Shown piece after piece: positions 8,506 through 16,891 of a DNA stretch of 64,000 bases. The stretch is from Terriglobia bacterium. GTDB lineage: Bacteria; Acidobacteriota; Terriglobia; JAJPHL01; JAPKYU01. How positions within the stretch are numbered: position 1 is the first letter of the stretch; every line of letters begins with the position of its first letter. The stretch is from assembly GCA_965206645.1 (NCBI GenBank), contig CBDBKE010000002.1:224001-288000 (forward strand), given 5' to 3'. The position numbers and the translations under genes were made by a program. The notes beneath the pieces were generated by a model. It saw only the letters and a list, made by a program, of their open reading frames with translations. It searched no databases and was not told the origin of the DNA.

Positions 8506-9725
8506 GGCCGGCCTCCTCGCCGCCCGGCATTCGCAAAGCGCACCTCCACTGAGCGCGCGTGCCACTCCAGCCCTTCGGCGCGCGCCAGTGTCGTGATCGT
8601 GGGTGCCAGGGCGCGCAGGCCGGCGGGTGTCAGTTGCTGCACGGTGATGATTTTGACGAAGTCCAGCACCGACAACCCTCCGCGGATGCGCGCCGCCCCG
8701 ACCGTTGGCAGCACGTGGTTCGGCCCGGTGGCGTAGTCGCCGGCGGCTTCCGGGCTGAACGGCCCCAGGAATACGCTGCCGGCATTGCGTACCTGCTTCA
8801 CCCAGCGGGGGTCGGCCAGCGACAGGTGTTCCGGAGCGATGCGGTTGGCCAGCTCCAGCGCCTGCGTGAGATTGCCAGCCAGCAGCGCCGTGCAGTTCTC
8901 CCAGCGCGGCGGGATCTTCCCTGTCACAGCTTTAGCCAGCGCGCGCGAGGGAGTCACCAGAATCGCCGCCGCCTGGGGATCGTGTTCAGCCTGGGCAATC
9001 AGGTCGGCGGCCAGCCAAGCGGGGTTGCCATCCTGAGCCACCAGCACCACCTCGGTCGGCCCGGCAAGAAACTCAATCGCCACCTCGCCGGCCAGCAGCT
9101 TCTTGGCGGCGGTGACGTAGAGGTTGCCCGGGCCGACAATCTTGTCCACCCGAGGCACGGTCTCGGTGCCGTAGGCCAGCGCGGCAATGGCTTGCACGCC
9201 ACCCACGGCCAAGACAGTTGTGACGCCGGCCACATGTGCGGCCGCCTGCACGAACGGAGCAGCGCGCGGTGAGGCAACGTAAATGCGCTCGACGCCAGCC
9301 ACACGGGCAGGAACAGCCGTCATCAGCGCGGTCGAGAACAAGGGGAAGCGCCCGCCGGGAACATAGCAGCCAACGCTGGCCAGCGGCCGCACCAGTTGCC
9401 CGGCAAAGCTGCCCGGGCCCACTTGGCGGCGCCACTGGCTTGGCATTTGCAGGCGGGCGAAGCGGGCGATATTTTGTTCGGCCTGCCGCAGGGCGCGCCG
9501 CAACTCCGGTGGCGTTTGTCTCCAGGCCCGTGCCAACAAAGCGGAATTCAGGCGCAGCGGCCCGCGGTAGCCGTCCAGGCGCCGGGTGTAGGCGGCCAGG
9601 GCGCGGTCGCCCCGCCGCCGCACCGCCTCCAGGATCGGGCGGGCCACCGCCTCGGCTCGAGCCAGTGCCAGGCGCCGGCTGGCCAGGAAGCGCTCAATGT
9701 CGCGGAGTTGCGAAAGAATGCGCAT
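8502..9725 (-). CDS. hisD: Histidinol dehydrogenase
   Basis: GCYVPGG, GPGNLYV, AGPTE, QAEHD, APEHL and GDYATGPNHVLPT motifs. Confidence 0.97.
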   Translation of the reverse strand: MRILSQLRDIERFLASRRLALARAEAVARPILEAVRRRGDRALAAYTRRLDGYRGPLRLNSALLARAWRQTPPELRRALRQAEQNIARFARLQMPSQWRRQVGPGSFAGQLVRPLASVGCYVPGGRFPLFSTALMTAVPARVAGVERIYVASPRAAPFVQAAAHVAGVTTVLAVGGVQAIAALAYGTETVPRVDKIVGPGNLYVTAAKKLLAGEVAIEFLAGPTEVVLVAQDGNPAWLAADLIAQAEHDPQAAAILVTPSRALAKAVTGKIPPRWENCTALLAGNLTQALELANRIAPEHLSLADPRWVKQVRNAGSVFLGPFSPEAAGDYATGPNHVLPTVGAARIRGGLSVLDFVKIITVQQLTPAGLRALAPTITTLARAEGLEWHARSVEVRFANAGRRGGRP

Positions 9726-9748
9726 TGGCTGTCGATGGATAAGTCAGT

Positions 9749-9841
9749 ATGAATCCGCAGATTTCGCAGATTTTCGCAGATTCATAAGTGATTCATAAAT
9801 CTCGTAGCGCGTCTTTTGGGTTCTGCGTAATCTGCGGATTC
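9749..9841. repeat. Intergenic palindromic repeat, family A
   Basis: GAATCCGCAGATTTCGCAGATTTTCGCAGA...TCTGCGTAATCTGCGGATTC between hisG and hisD. Confidence 0.75.
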
Positions 9842-9890
9842 GTTTTCGATTCTGCAATTCATCAATATCCAATGATGCAATCGTCACTTT

Positions 9891-10763
9891 CTACGCGATG
9901 ATCTTGTTCAGCGGGTACTCGACAATCCCCTGCGCCCCGGCCTGTCGCAGCTTGGGGATGATGTCGCGGGCTACCCGCTCATCGAGGACTGTGTTGATCG
10001 CCACCCACCCCGTTTCGCTCAGCGGCGAGACGCTGGGCCCGCGCAGCGATGGCAGCAGTGTCAACACGGTCTCCAGGTCTTGCTGCTGCACGTTGAGCAT
10101 TAGCCCCACTTTGCCGTAGGCCTCGATGGCCCCCTCCAGCAGCATCCGGATGCTCTCCAGCTTCTCCCGCTTCCAGGCATCGGCCCACGACTGCCGGTTG
10201 GCGATGAGTTGGGTGTTGGACTCCAGTACCGTATCTACGATCCTCAGATTGTTGGCCTTTAGGGAAGAGCCAGTCTCGGTGACCTCGACAATGGCGTCGG
10301 CCAGCACCGGGGGTTTCACCTCGGTGGCGCCCCAGGAAAATTCCACCTTCGCCTTCACGCCGTGGGAGGCCAGGTAGCGCTCGGTGGCGCTGACCAACTC
10401 GGTGGCGATAATTTTGCCCTCCAGGTCCCGAGGGCTGTGGATGGTGGACGCTTCCGGCGCGGCCAACACCCAGCGCACCTTGCCGAAGCTTTGCTTGGCG
10501 TAAATCAGGTCCGCGATCTTGACCACGTCGGACTCGTTCTCCAGGATCCAGTCGTGCCCGGTCAGCCCGGCGTCCAAGACGCCGTCTTCCACATAGCGCG
10601 ACATCTCTTGGGCGCGGATGAGCATCAACTCCAGCTCCGGATCGTCCACCGATGGGAAATAGGACCGTGGATCGTTGACCTGGATCCGGTAGCCGGCTCG
10701 GCCGAACAGCTCCACGGTGGCCTCTTGCAAGCTGCCCTTGGGAATGCCCAGCCGCAGTTTCAT
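9891..10763 (-). CDS. hisG: ATP phosphoribosyltransferase, long form
   Basis: GIPKGSL, SWGATE and ETGSSL motifs plus the C-terminal regulatory domain (290 aa). Confidence 0.97.
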   Translation of the reverse strand: MKLRLGIPKGSLQEATVELFGRAGYRIQVNDPRSYFPSVDDPELELMLIRAQEMSRYVEDGVLDAGLTGHDWILENESDVVKIADLIYAKQSFGKVRWVLAAPEASTIHSPRDLEGKIIATELVSATERYLASHGVKAKVEFSWGATEVKPPVLADAIVEVTETGSSLKANNLRIVDTVLESNTQLIANRQSWADAWKREKLESIRMLLEGAIEAYGKVGLMLNVQQQDLETVLTLLPSLRGPSVSPLSETGWVAINTVLDERVARDIIPKLRQAGAQGIVEYPLNKIIA

Positions 10764-11161
10764 GAGCGTACCTCTCCTGTCTTCGGGTCCGAAGCTGCCG
10801 GCGCGCTGGAGGGGATCACCGGGCGCTCAATCTCCAGCAGCGCCTCGCCCTCCAGGCGGCGGAAGAAACAACTCCGGTAGCCGAGGTGGCAGGTGGCCGC
10901 CCCGGTCTGACGGGCGAGAACGACCACGGCGTCCTGGTCGCAGTCCACCCGAATCTCCTCGACCGCTAGGCGGTGGCCGGAGGTCTCCCCTTTGGTCCAT
11001 AGGCGGCTCCGGGTGCGGCTGTAGAAGGTGACAAAGCCAGTTTCGCGCGTTTGCCGGAAAGCTTCCGCATTCATGAAGCCTACCATCAGCACGTCGCGGG
11101 AGGCGCTGTCTTGGACCACGGCCGCCACCAGTCCGTCCAGCTTGGAAAAGTCTAAGTTCAT
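10760..11161 (-). CDS. hisI: Phosphoribosyl-AMP cyclohydrolase (monofunctional)
   Basis: [19 protein letters not shown] and CHLGYRSCF motifs; no HisE domain. Confidence 0.96.
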   Translation of the reverse strand: MNLDFSKLDGLVAAVVQDSASRDVLMVGFMNAEAFRQTRETGFVTFYSRTRSRLWTKGETSGHRLAVEEIRVDCDQDAVVVLARQTGAATCHLGYRSCFFRRLEGEALLEIERPVIPSSAPAASDPKTGEVRS

Positions 11162-11175
11162 GTTCCGTATCCAAC

Positions 11176-11207
11176 AAAAAGGCCCGACGTTATTGCCGCC
11201 GGGCCTC
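11176..11207 (-). terminator. his attenuator terminator
   Basis: Minus strand GAGGCCCGGCG-GCAATAA-CGTCGGGCCTTTTT, between the leader ORF and hisI. Confidence 0.8.
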
Positions 11208-11233
11208 TTCTGCTTTTCGAAAAATTGCTTCTG

Positions 11234-11302
11234 CTAGGCGTCCCGGCTCACACACGTGGGGTGGTGATGCGTCCGATGCGCGTGATGGACCAGGATAGCC
11301 AC
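11234..11302 (-). CDS. hisL: his operon leader peptide, 22 aa: MAILVHHAHRTHHHPTCVSRDA
   Basis: GTG start, 6 His codons, located between the promoter and the attenuator hairpin. Confidence 0.82.
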   Translation of the reverse strand: MAILVHHAHRTHHHPTCVSRDA

Positions 11303-11311
11303 AACCCGTTT

Positions 11312-11340
11312 AGGTTAGGCAATCCAGGCGCCGTTGTCAA
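11312..11340 (-). promoter_or_regulatory. Sigma70 promoter of the his operon
   Basis: TTGACA-N17-TAACCT, ending 9 nt before the leader GTG. Confidence 0.7.
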
Positions 11341-11434
11341 CCCAGTAAGCGGACAACACACGGTACTTAGTGGGTTCAGCAGCCCAATCCGCGTTTGCGC
11401 CATGTTGCGCGGCTTGTTGGAACCGGGCAGAGTA

Positions 11435-12013
11435 ATGCTACGCTTACTACCCACGATGACCGGCACAATTCTACTTCTAGCAATGGTTTGGGGGGCGCCG
11501 CCGCAGGAGCCGGCCGGCTCCAGCACACCGGCCCCCCAGGAAGCCCGGCAGGCGCTGGAACAGCTGCTGGCTGAGTTAAATAACGCGGGCGCGGCGTTGT
11601 ACCAGCTTGAGGTCCCAGCCTGGCGCGGGCCCGGGTCGTCGAACTTTCTGGCGGTGGCGGCTTCCACCCGGCGACAGATAACAGATATTGAGCCGGTCTT
11701 GAAGCGCCTGGTTGACGAGCCCATACGGCTCAGCGCCGCCCTCCACATGTACCTTGCGATACAACACCTGGAAATGAGCCTGAATTCCATGGCCAGCGGC
11801 GCGCGGCGCTACCAGGGCCCGCAGTCGGCAGCCCACGTGAAGAATGCTGCCAACGGCCTGCTGGGCGGACGCCAGAAGTTGGGCAATTACCTGCTGGCGC
11901 TGGTTCAGTTTCTGGAGCGAGAGAAAGCGGTCACCGAGCAGGAGCTGGAATCGTGTCGCGAACAGCTCTGGCAGCGAGCCCGAAAGCCTGCGCGATCGCG
12001 CTCGAAGCGCTGA
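11435..12013 (+). CDS. Hypothetical exported helical protein
   Basis: Signal-peptide-like N-terminus (MLRLLPTMTGTILLLAMVWGA) and helical/coiled-coil body; start uncertain. Confidence 0.65.
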   Translation: MLRLLPTMTGTILLLAMVWGAPPQEPAGSSTPAPQEARQALEQLLAELNNAGAALYQLEVPAWRGPGSSNFLAVAASTRRQITDIEPVLKRLVDEPIRLSAALHMYLAIQHLEMSLNSMASGARRYQGPQSAAHVKNAANGLLGGRQKLGNYLLALVQFLEREKAVTEQELESCREQLWQRARKPARSRSKR

Positions 12014-12091
12014 GGCTGCTCCGGCGCAAGCCGAGCCTATCCGACAGACAGGTGAAGCTTCCGTGGTAAACTGTTTGCCAAGAGCCGTTGC

Positions 12092-12367
12092 GTGGACGTC
12101 GAGAAAACCATCGAATTCATCCTCAATCAGCAGGCGCAATTCGTTGTGCGACTGGACCGAGTGGAGGCACAGGTTGAGGCACTGGCGGGGCAGACCCAAG
12201 GTTTGATACGCGTGGTGGCGGAGCAACAAAACCAAATCACCACCATCCTGGGCATCCTGGGAACCCTGACCCAGCGGATGGACACCCTCACCCAGCGGAT
12301 GGACACGCTGGCGGAGATGTTCGAGCAGTGGCTGCGTCGCAGTGGCGACGGCTCCCGCCCAACCTGA
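12092..12367 (+). CDS. Small coiled-coil hypothetical protein
   Basis: Heptad pattern with an internal TLTQRMD duplication. Confidence 0.65.
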   Translation: MDVEKTIEFILNQQAQFVVRLDRVEAQVEALAGQTQGLIRVVAEQQNQITTILGILGTLTQRMDTLTQRMDTLAEMFEQWLRRSGDGSRPT

Positions 12368-12597
12368 GCTCCAAAACCCACGATCAGCTCCGAAACCTAA
12401 GATCCAGGGTCCAAGGGAACCACCCAGTGTACCCCCTTGTTGGAAAAGGCTCTTGTGCTGGTGAGCCAAGGCGCGGCATGGTTGTGAGGCCCTCAGGGCG
12501 GACGCCACGGCGGGCGAATGGAGCTCGACGGATGTATACTGAAAGTTTGCGGAAGATTGCCGATATCCCAACTTCATGCTGACGTCAAAGGAGCGGG

Positions 12598-13980
12598 ATG
12601 GACTCGCTGCAACAATACGTCGAACAGAAGCGCGATGCTTGGCTGCAGGAACTCACTGAATTTCTGCGCATCCCCAGCATCAGCACCAATCCTGAGTACA
12701 AGGCCGAAGTGCGGCGGGGCGCCGAGTTTGTCGCCCAGGCCCTGCAAAAGGCGGGGATCAGGCAGACGGAACTGATCGAGACCAGCGGCCATCCGCTGGT
12801 CTATGGGGAGCATAGCGGGGTCGAGGGCGCGCCCACCATCCTCTGCTACGGCCACTACGACGTGCAGCCACCCGACCCGCTGGATGAATGGAACTCGCCG
12901 CCGTTTGAGCCGGCCATTCGCAACGGGAACATCTACGCCCGCGGGGCCGCCGACGACAAGGGCCAGGTGATGATCCAGCTCAAAGCGGTCGAAGCGCTGC
13001 TGGCCACCGCGGGCCGGCTGCCGCTGAACCTGAAATTCATCCTCGAAGGCGAAGAGGAGACAGGTGGCGCCGCCATCAGCGACTACGTGGCCCGATCAGC
13101 CGAGAAGCTGAAAGCTGACGCCGCGCTGGTTTGCGATACCGAGCTGTTCGCCCCGGACTTGCCCACGCTGTGCATCGGGTTGCGCGGTCTGGTGTATGCC
13201 GAGCTGGAGGCGGAAGGAGCGGCGCACGACCTGCACTCCGGCCTGTACGGCGGCGTGGCACCCAATCCGTTCAACGCGCTCTGCTGGGTTCTGTCGGAGT
13301 TGAAAACCGCGGACGGCAAGATCCGCATTCCGGGCTTGTACGACAGCATCCAGCCGCCGGCGCGCAGCGAGCGTGCCAGCTGGCGCAGGCTACCCTTTGA
13401 TGCCGACCGAATGCGCACCGAGGAGATCGGCTCGACGGCGCTGGTCGGAGAGAAGCGTGACCCGCTGGAGCGCATGTGGGCCCGTCCCACCATGGACATT
13501 CACGGCATCGTGGGCGGCTACGTGGCCCCCGGCGCCAAGACCGTGATACCCGCCCGAGCCACCGCCAAGTTCAGCATTCGCCTGGTGCCCAACCAGGAAC
13601 CGCAGGAGGTCATTGCGGCGCTGGAGCGGCGGGTGGCGGAACTTGCGCCTCCGGGAGTCAAGCTCAAGCTCCGTGTCCTAAACGATGCGCGGCCGCTGCT
13701 CATCAACCCGGACAACCCTTACCTGAAGCACGCGGCGAGGGTCTTCGCCAAGGTGTACGGGCGCAAGACGGTGTTCGTGCGGTCGGGGGGCTCCATCCCG
13801 GTGGTGGCGCTGTTCGGCGAGTACCTGAAGATTCCGACGGTGATGATGGGCTTTGGCTTGCCGGATGACAACCTGCACGCCCCCAACGAGAAGTTCACCC
13901 TGTCGAATTTTTTCCGCGGCGCAGAGACGTTGGCGCGTTTCCTGGCTGCCGTTGCCAAGGCGAAAGACCTGAAAACTTGA
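12598..13980 (+). CDS. M20 family dipeptidase (ArgE/DapE-like)
   Basis: YGHYDVQP, RGAADDKG, EGEEE, DLHSG, GGSIP and HAPNE motifs; AGGAG RBS. Confidence 0.95.
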   Translation: MDSLQQYVEQKRDAWLQELTEFLRIPSISTNPEYKAEVRRGAEFVAQALQKAGIRQTELIETSGHPLVYGEHSGVEGAPTILCYGHYDVQPPDPLDEWNSPPFEPAIRNGNIYARGAADDKGQVMIQLKAVEALLATAGRLPLNLKFILEGEEETGGAAISDYVARSAEKLKADAALVCDTELFAPDLPTLCIGLRGLVYAELEAEGAAHDLHSGLYGGVAPNPFNALCWVLSELKTADGKIRIPGLYDSIQPPARSERASWRRLPFDADRMRTEEIGSTALVGEKRDPLERMWARPTMDIHGIVGGYVAPGAKTVIPARATAKFSIRLVPNQEPQEVIAALERRVAELAPPGVKLKLRVLNDARPLLINPDNPYLKHAARVFAKVYGRKTVFVRSGGSIPVVALFGEYLKIPTVMMGFGLPDDNLHAPNEKFTLSNFFRGAETLARFLAAVAKAKDLKT

Positions 13981-15368
13981 AGAAAAGACACATCCTCGGC
14001 GCTGGGCTGTTGGCCTTCGGGCTGCTGGTGGTCCGTGTGGCAGCTGTCCCGGCGCCACGCGTCGGAGCAGTGGTCAACGTCTCGGCCGACCAGCTGACGG
14101 ACAACGAGGTCAGCCTGGTCGTCAACCCCACCAATCCGTTGAACCTGCTGGCCGGCTGGAACGATTGGGAAGAGCAGCAGGGGGTCGGCTACAGCTATTC
14201 CTTTGATGGCGGCCGCACCTGGTCGCCGCCGGCGCTGATCCCGGGCGTGGTGGGAAGCGAGGGGCCGTTCCAGGTCGCCGGGGATCCTGCGTTCCATTTT
14301 GGTCCGGATGGCACAGCCTATGCGGTTGTGCAGGCCTTCAACATCACCGCGCCCTTTGAGGCGTCCCTACTGGTAGCCGTCTCCCAAGATGGCGGCCAGA
14401 GCTGGCCCCGGTTGCTGGTGGGCTATCGAGGCCACCGCGAAGAGCGGGACCGCCCCGCGCACCGGCACGTGCCGGACCGCGCGGCTGTGACTACCGATTC
14501 CCACCCCGTCAGCCCGCACTTCGGCACACTGTATGTTGCCTGGGGGCAGGAACAGGAGACCAGCGAGACGCCCTCAGTCTTGCTCACTTATCTGCGGCCG
14601 GAGGCTGACAGCTTTTCCCCGCCGACGATGGTGACCAACTGGCCGGCAGGCTTCACTCAGAATGCGGTGCCGTTCACCGGACCGGACGGGACGCTCTACG
14701 TCACCTTCGTCGCGCAAGAGCCCGGAATGACCTCTAGCGGCATCTACCTGGCGGAATCCCGCGACGGCGGCCGCAGTTTTGGTGAGCCACGCCGGGTGGC
14801 GCTGTTTCAGAATCCGGTCACCGGGCAATTGCCGAACACCACCTACCGCGTCGTCAGCTTTCCTGTGGGTCTGTTTGCTCCAGTGCACAATCGGCTGGTG
14901 GTGGTGTGGAACGACCGTCGGGACGGCGTTTCGACCATGCTAGTCTCTACGGCCACCCTCGGGGAGACCGACCGCTGGTCGGAGCCGGCACAGGTGACGG
15001 ATGCCAGCACAGGCGAGCAGTTCTTCCCAGCGATTTCGGCCAGTCCCGATGGCCGGCTGGACCTGGTGTTTTACGACCGCAGCCGCGACCCCGGCAACCA
15101 CCTCAACTTTGTTACTTACGCCTGGAGCGGCGATGGTGGCACAAGCTGGGAGTCGCTGAACGTAACCGACACCCCGTTTGACGGAGAGAGCCAAACCACG
15201 CCAGGCGGCACCCCCTTCATCGGTGACTACATCGGCGTGGCTTCCACCACCCCCGTGGCCCACATCGCCTGGACCGGCAACGGTCCTGATACTCCCTGTT
15301 CCTGCAACCAGGACATTTTTGCGCTGCCGGTTTCCCACGCAAGTTCCGAAGACTCTGGGTCGCAGTAA
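13977..15368 (+). CDS. Exported Asp-box/BNR (sialidase-like) beta-propeller protein
   Basis: Signal peptide; four SxDGGx(T/S)W/F Asp-boxes; FIGDY motif. Confidence 0.85.
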   Translation: MKKRHILGAGLLAFGLLVVRVAAVPAPRVGAVVNVSADQLTDNEVSLVVNPTNPLNLLAGWNDWEEQQGVGYSYSFDGGRTWSPPALIPGVVGSEGPFQVAGDPAFHFGPDGTAYAVVQAFNITAPFEASLLVAVSQDGGQSWPRLLVGYRGHREERDRPAHRHVPDRAAVTTDSHPVSPHFGTLYVAWGQEQETSETPSVLLTYLRPEADSFSPPTMVTNWPAGFTQNAVPFTGPDGTLYVTFVAQEPGMTSSGIYLAESRDGGRSFGEPRRVALFQNPVTGQLPNTTYRVVSFPVGLFAPVHNRLVVVWNDRRDGVSTMLVSTATLGETDRWSEPAQVTDASTGEQFFPAISASPDGRLDLVFYDRSRDPGNHLNFVTYAWSGDGGTSWESLNVTDTPFDGESQTTPGGTPFIGDYIGVASTTPVAHIAWTGNGPDTPCSCNQDIFALPVSHASSEDSGSQ

Positions 15369-15430
15369 CCTGCCTTGAAAGAGAGCCACCCCGATGACAC
15401 TGGGGCCGGATACCCCTGACCAGCAGGCGG

Positions 15431-16483
15431 CTAGAAATAGATCTTCACGCCGAACTGGATGCGGCGCGGCTGCTCGCCGAGCGGAGAAACACTCGGCAGC
15501 ACAGAGCCGAATCCCTGCCGGCCAAAGGTGGCCTCGCCAAACGTAGAGGATTGCAGGGCCGGGTCGGGATTGTTCAGGTTGGTGTGGTTGAACAGATTGA
15601 AGAACTCGGCGCGAAACTGCAGCCGCCCCTGTTCCCCCAGGGGGGGCAGAGCAAAGCTGCGGCTGAGAGCGAAATCCACGTTCCAAAAGCCGGGGCCGCG
15701 AAACGCGTTGCGTGGCGCGTTTCCGATCGCGCCATCGGTGGGCGCGCGGAACTTGGACTTGTCGAGCAGAACCACTCCGCCCGGAATCTGAGTGGGGTTG
15801 GAAAGAAAGGCTTCGTCGTGGTCCTGGCCCAGGAAATCGGCGCGGTTCACGAGGAGCAGTCCGCCACTTTGGGGAATGAATAATTCCGTACTGAGAACGG
15901 AGAAAGGAAACCCGGAACGGAAGCCGGCCAGGGCGGCCGCCTGCCAGCGGCCGAACACGCGACGCCAGCCGCGGAACTTGGGAGCCTCGGCTACGAAATT
16001 GATCGCCAGGTTGTGCCTCTGGTCGAAATCGGAAAGCCCGTAGTCGGCGCTCAAGTCAAACTGCCGGGTGAAGAAACCGCCCTGAAGTGTAGAGAAGGGG
16101 TCAGACAGGCGTTGAACGCCCGGGCGGCCCCGCGCAATGGCAGCGATCCGCCCCTGGGGATCGCTCTGCACGTCCCTGGTGCGGCTGTAAGTGTAGGAAC
16201 CCTGAAACTGCACCCCTTTGCTCCAGCGGCGGTTCAGCCCCACTTCCAGGGCCACGTAGTCGGAATGGCCCGGCCCGCACGCTGCGGGGATCGCCAGCCA
16301 TAGCTCGTCTTCGGCTCCCTGGGGCCGGGGGGCAAACTGAGCGAAAGCCTCCTCTGGAAATGAGGCAGGGTTCGCAGGGGACACCACATCAGTAGTGACT
16401 AGGCTCATAGTAGCTCCTTCAACCAGACCGGCCTCGGAGGCCGGCAGGGTACTCAAGTTCGACATTGGGTTCGCATGGCTCAT
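15431..16483 (-). pseudogene. Chimeric ORF: about 70 unrelated codons fused in frame to the C-terminal barrel fragment of an Oar-like TonB-dependent receptor
   Basis: From about 16270 downward: SYTYS, SDFDQRHNL, GPGFWNVDFAL, LQFRAEFFNLFNH and PRRIQFGVKIYF. The N-terminal receptor domains are absent. Confidence 0.75.
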
Positions 16484-16650
16484 AACGTAAACCTCATTGG
16501 CGTAGATTTCAGTGCCATGGACTTGATCGCGCACCTCACCGGGAGAATCCGCAGAAACTCCGGGAGGGGTCTGCGGGTCTTCTGTGCCGCAACCATCGCG
16601 CAGAACAGCGCCGCCATGGTCTGGGTCCTTTGAGTTCTTGTGCTGTCCAT
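16480..16650 (-). CDS. Small conserved ORF, copy 1 (56 aa; MAALFCAMVAAQKTRRPLPEFLRILP core)
   Basis: 32/42 identity to copy 2 (18523-18699) with 11 synonymous codon differences. TGA overlaps the next ATG at 16483. Alternative start at 16617 with an AAGGA RBS. Confidence 0.7.
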   Translation of the reverse strand: MDSTRTQRTQTMAALFCAMVAAQKTRRPLPEFLRILPVRCAIKSMALKSTPMRFTL

Positions 16651-16718
16651 AACAGTGCCTAGTTAAACGGAGTCGCAGTAAATGGCCAATAGCCCCACAG
16701 TTACATTTTGCTTGGTAC
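16651..16718 (-). promoter_or_regulatory. Conserved 68-bp upstream block, copy 1
   Basis: Aligns without gaps to 18700-18767, sharing GTAC, AATGTAACTGT, CTATTGGC, CGTTTAACTAG and CACTGTT. Confidence 0.6.
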
Positions 16719-16891
16719 TTTCGGACTAGCAGGCGCGCGCCCAACAGGTGGAAATTAGGGCCGGCTGGTGGAGGGTCTCCACCATGCGAGCAGGGGTACG
16801 CCACCGGGGGATCGGTGGCGCAGCTTCGCCAGGCTCGCGGGTGCCGGCACGGCAAAGAACATGATCGAGATGGGATTGCGTCTTCATGAAG

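Noticed and set aside
16651-16718. Sigma54 or ECF promoter in the duplicated block (TTGGC; GTAAC...CGTT)
   Set aside because: GG-to-GC spacing is not 10 nt in either copy, and GTAAC to CGTT is about 30 nt. The block is conserved but I cannot assign a sigma factor.
15431-16855. Track ORF of 474 aa, and its Cys-rich similarity (CNC...LRLTRHCY) to track ORF 18545-19060
   Set aside because: The similarity is a shadow of DNA-level duplication. Substitutions are synonymous in a different frame (16480-16650 and 18523-18699), and the upstream part looks non-coding.
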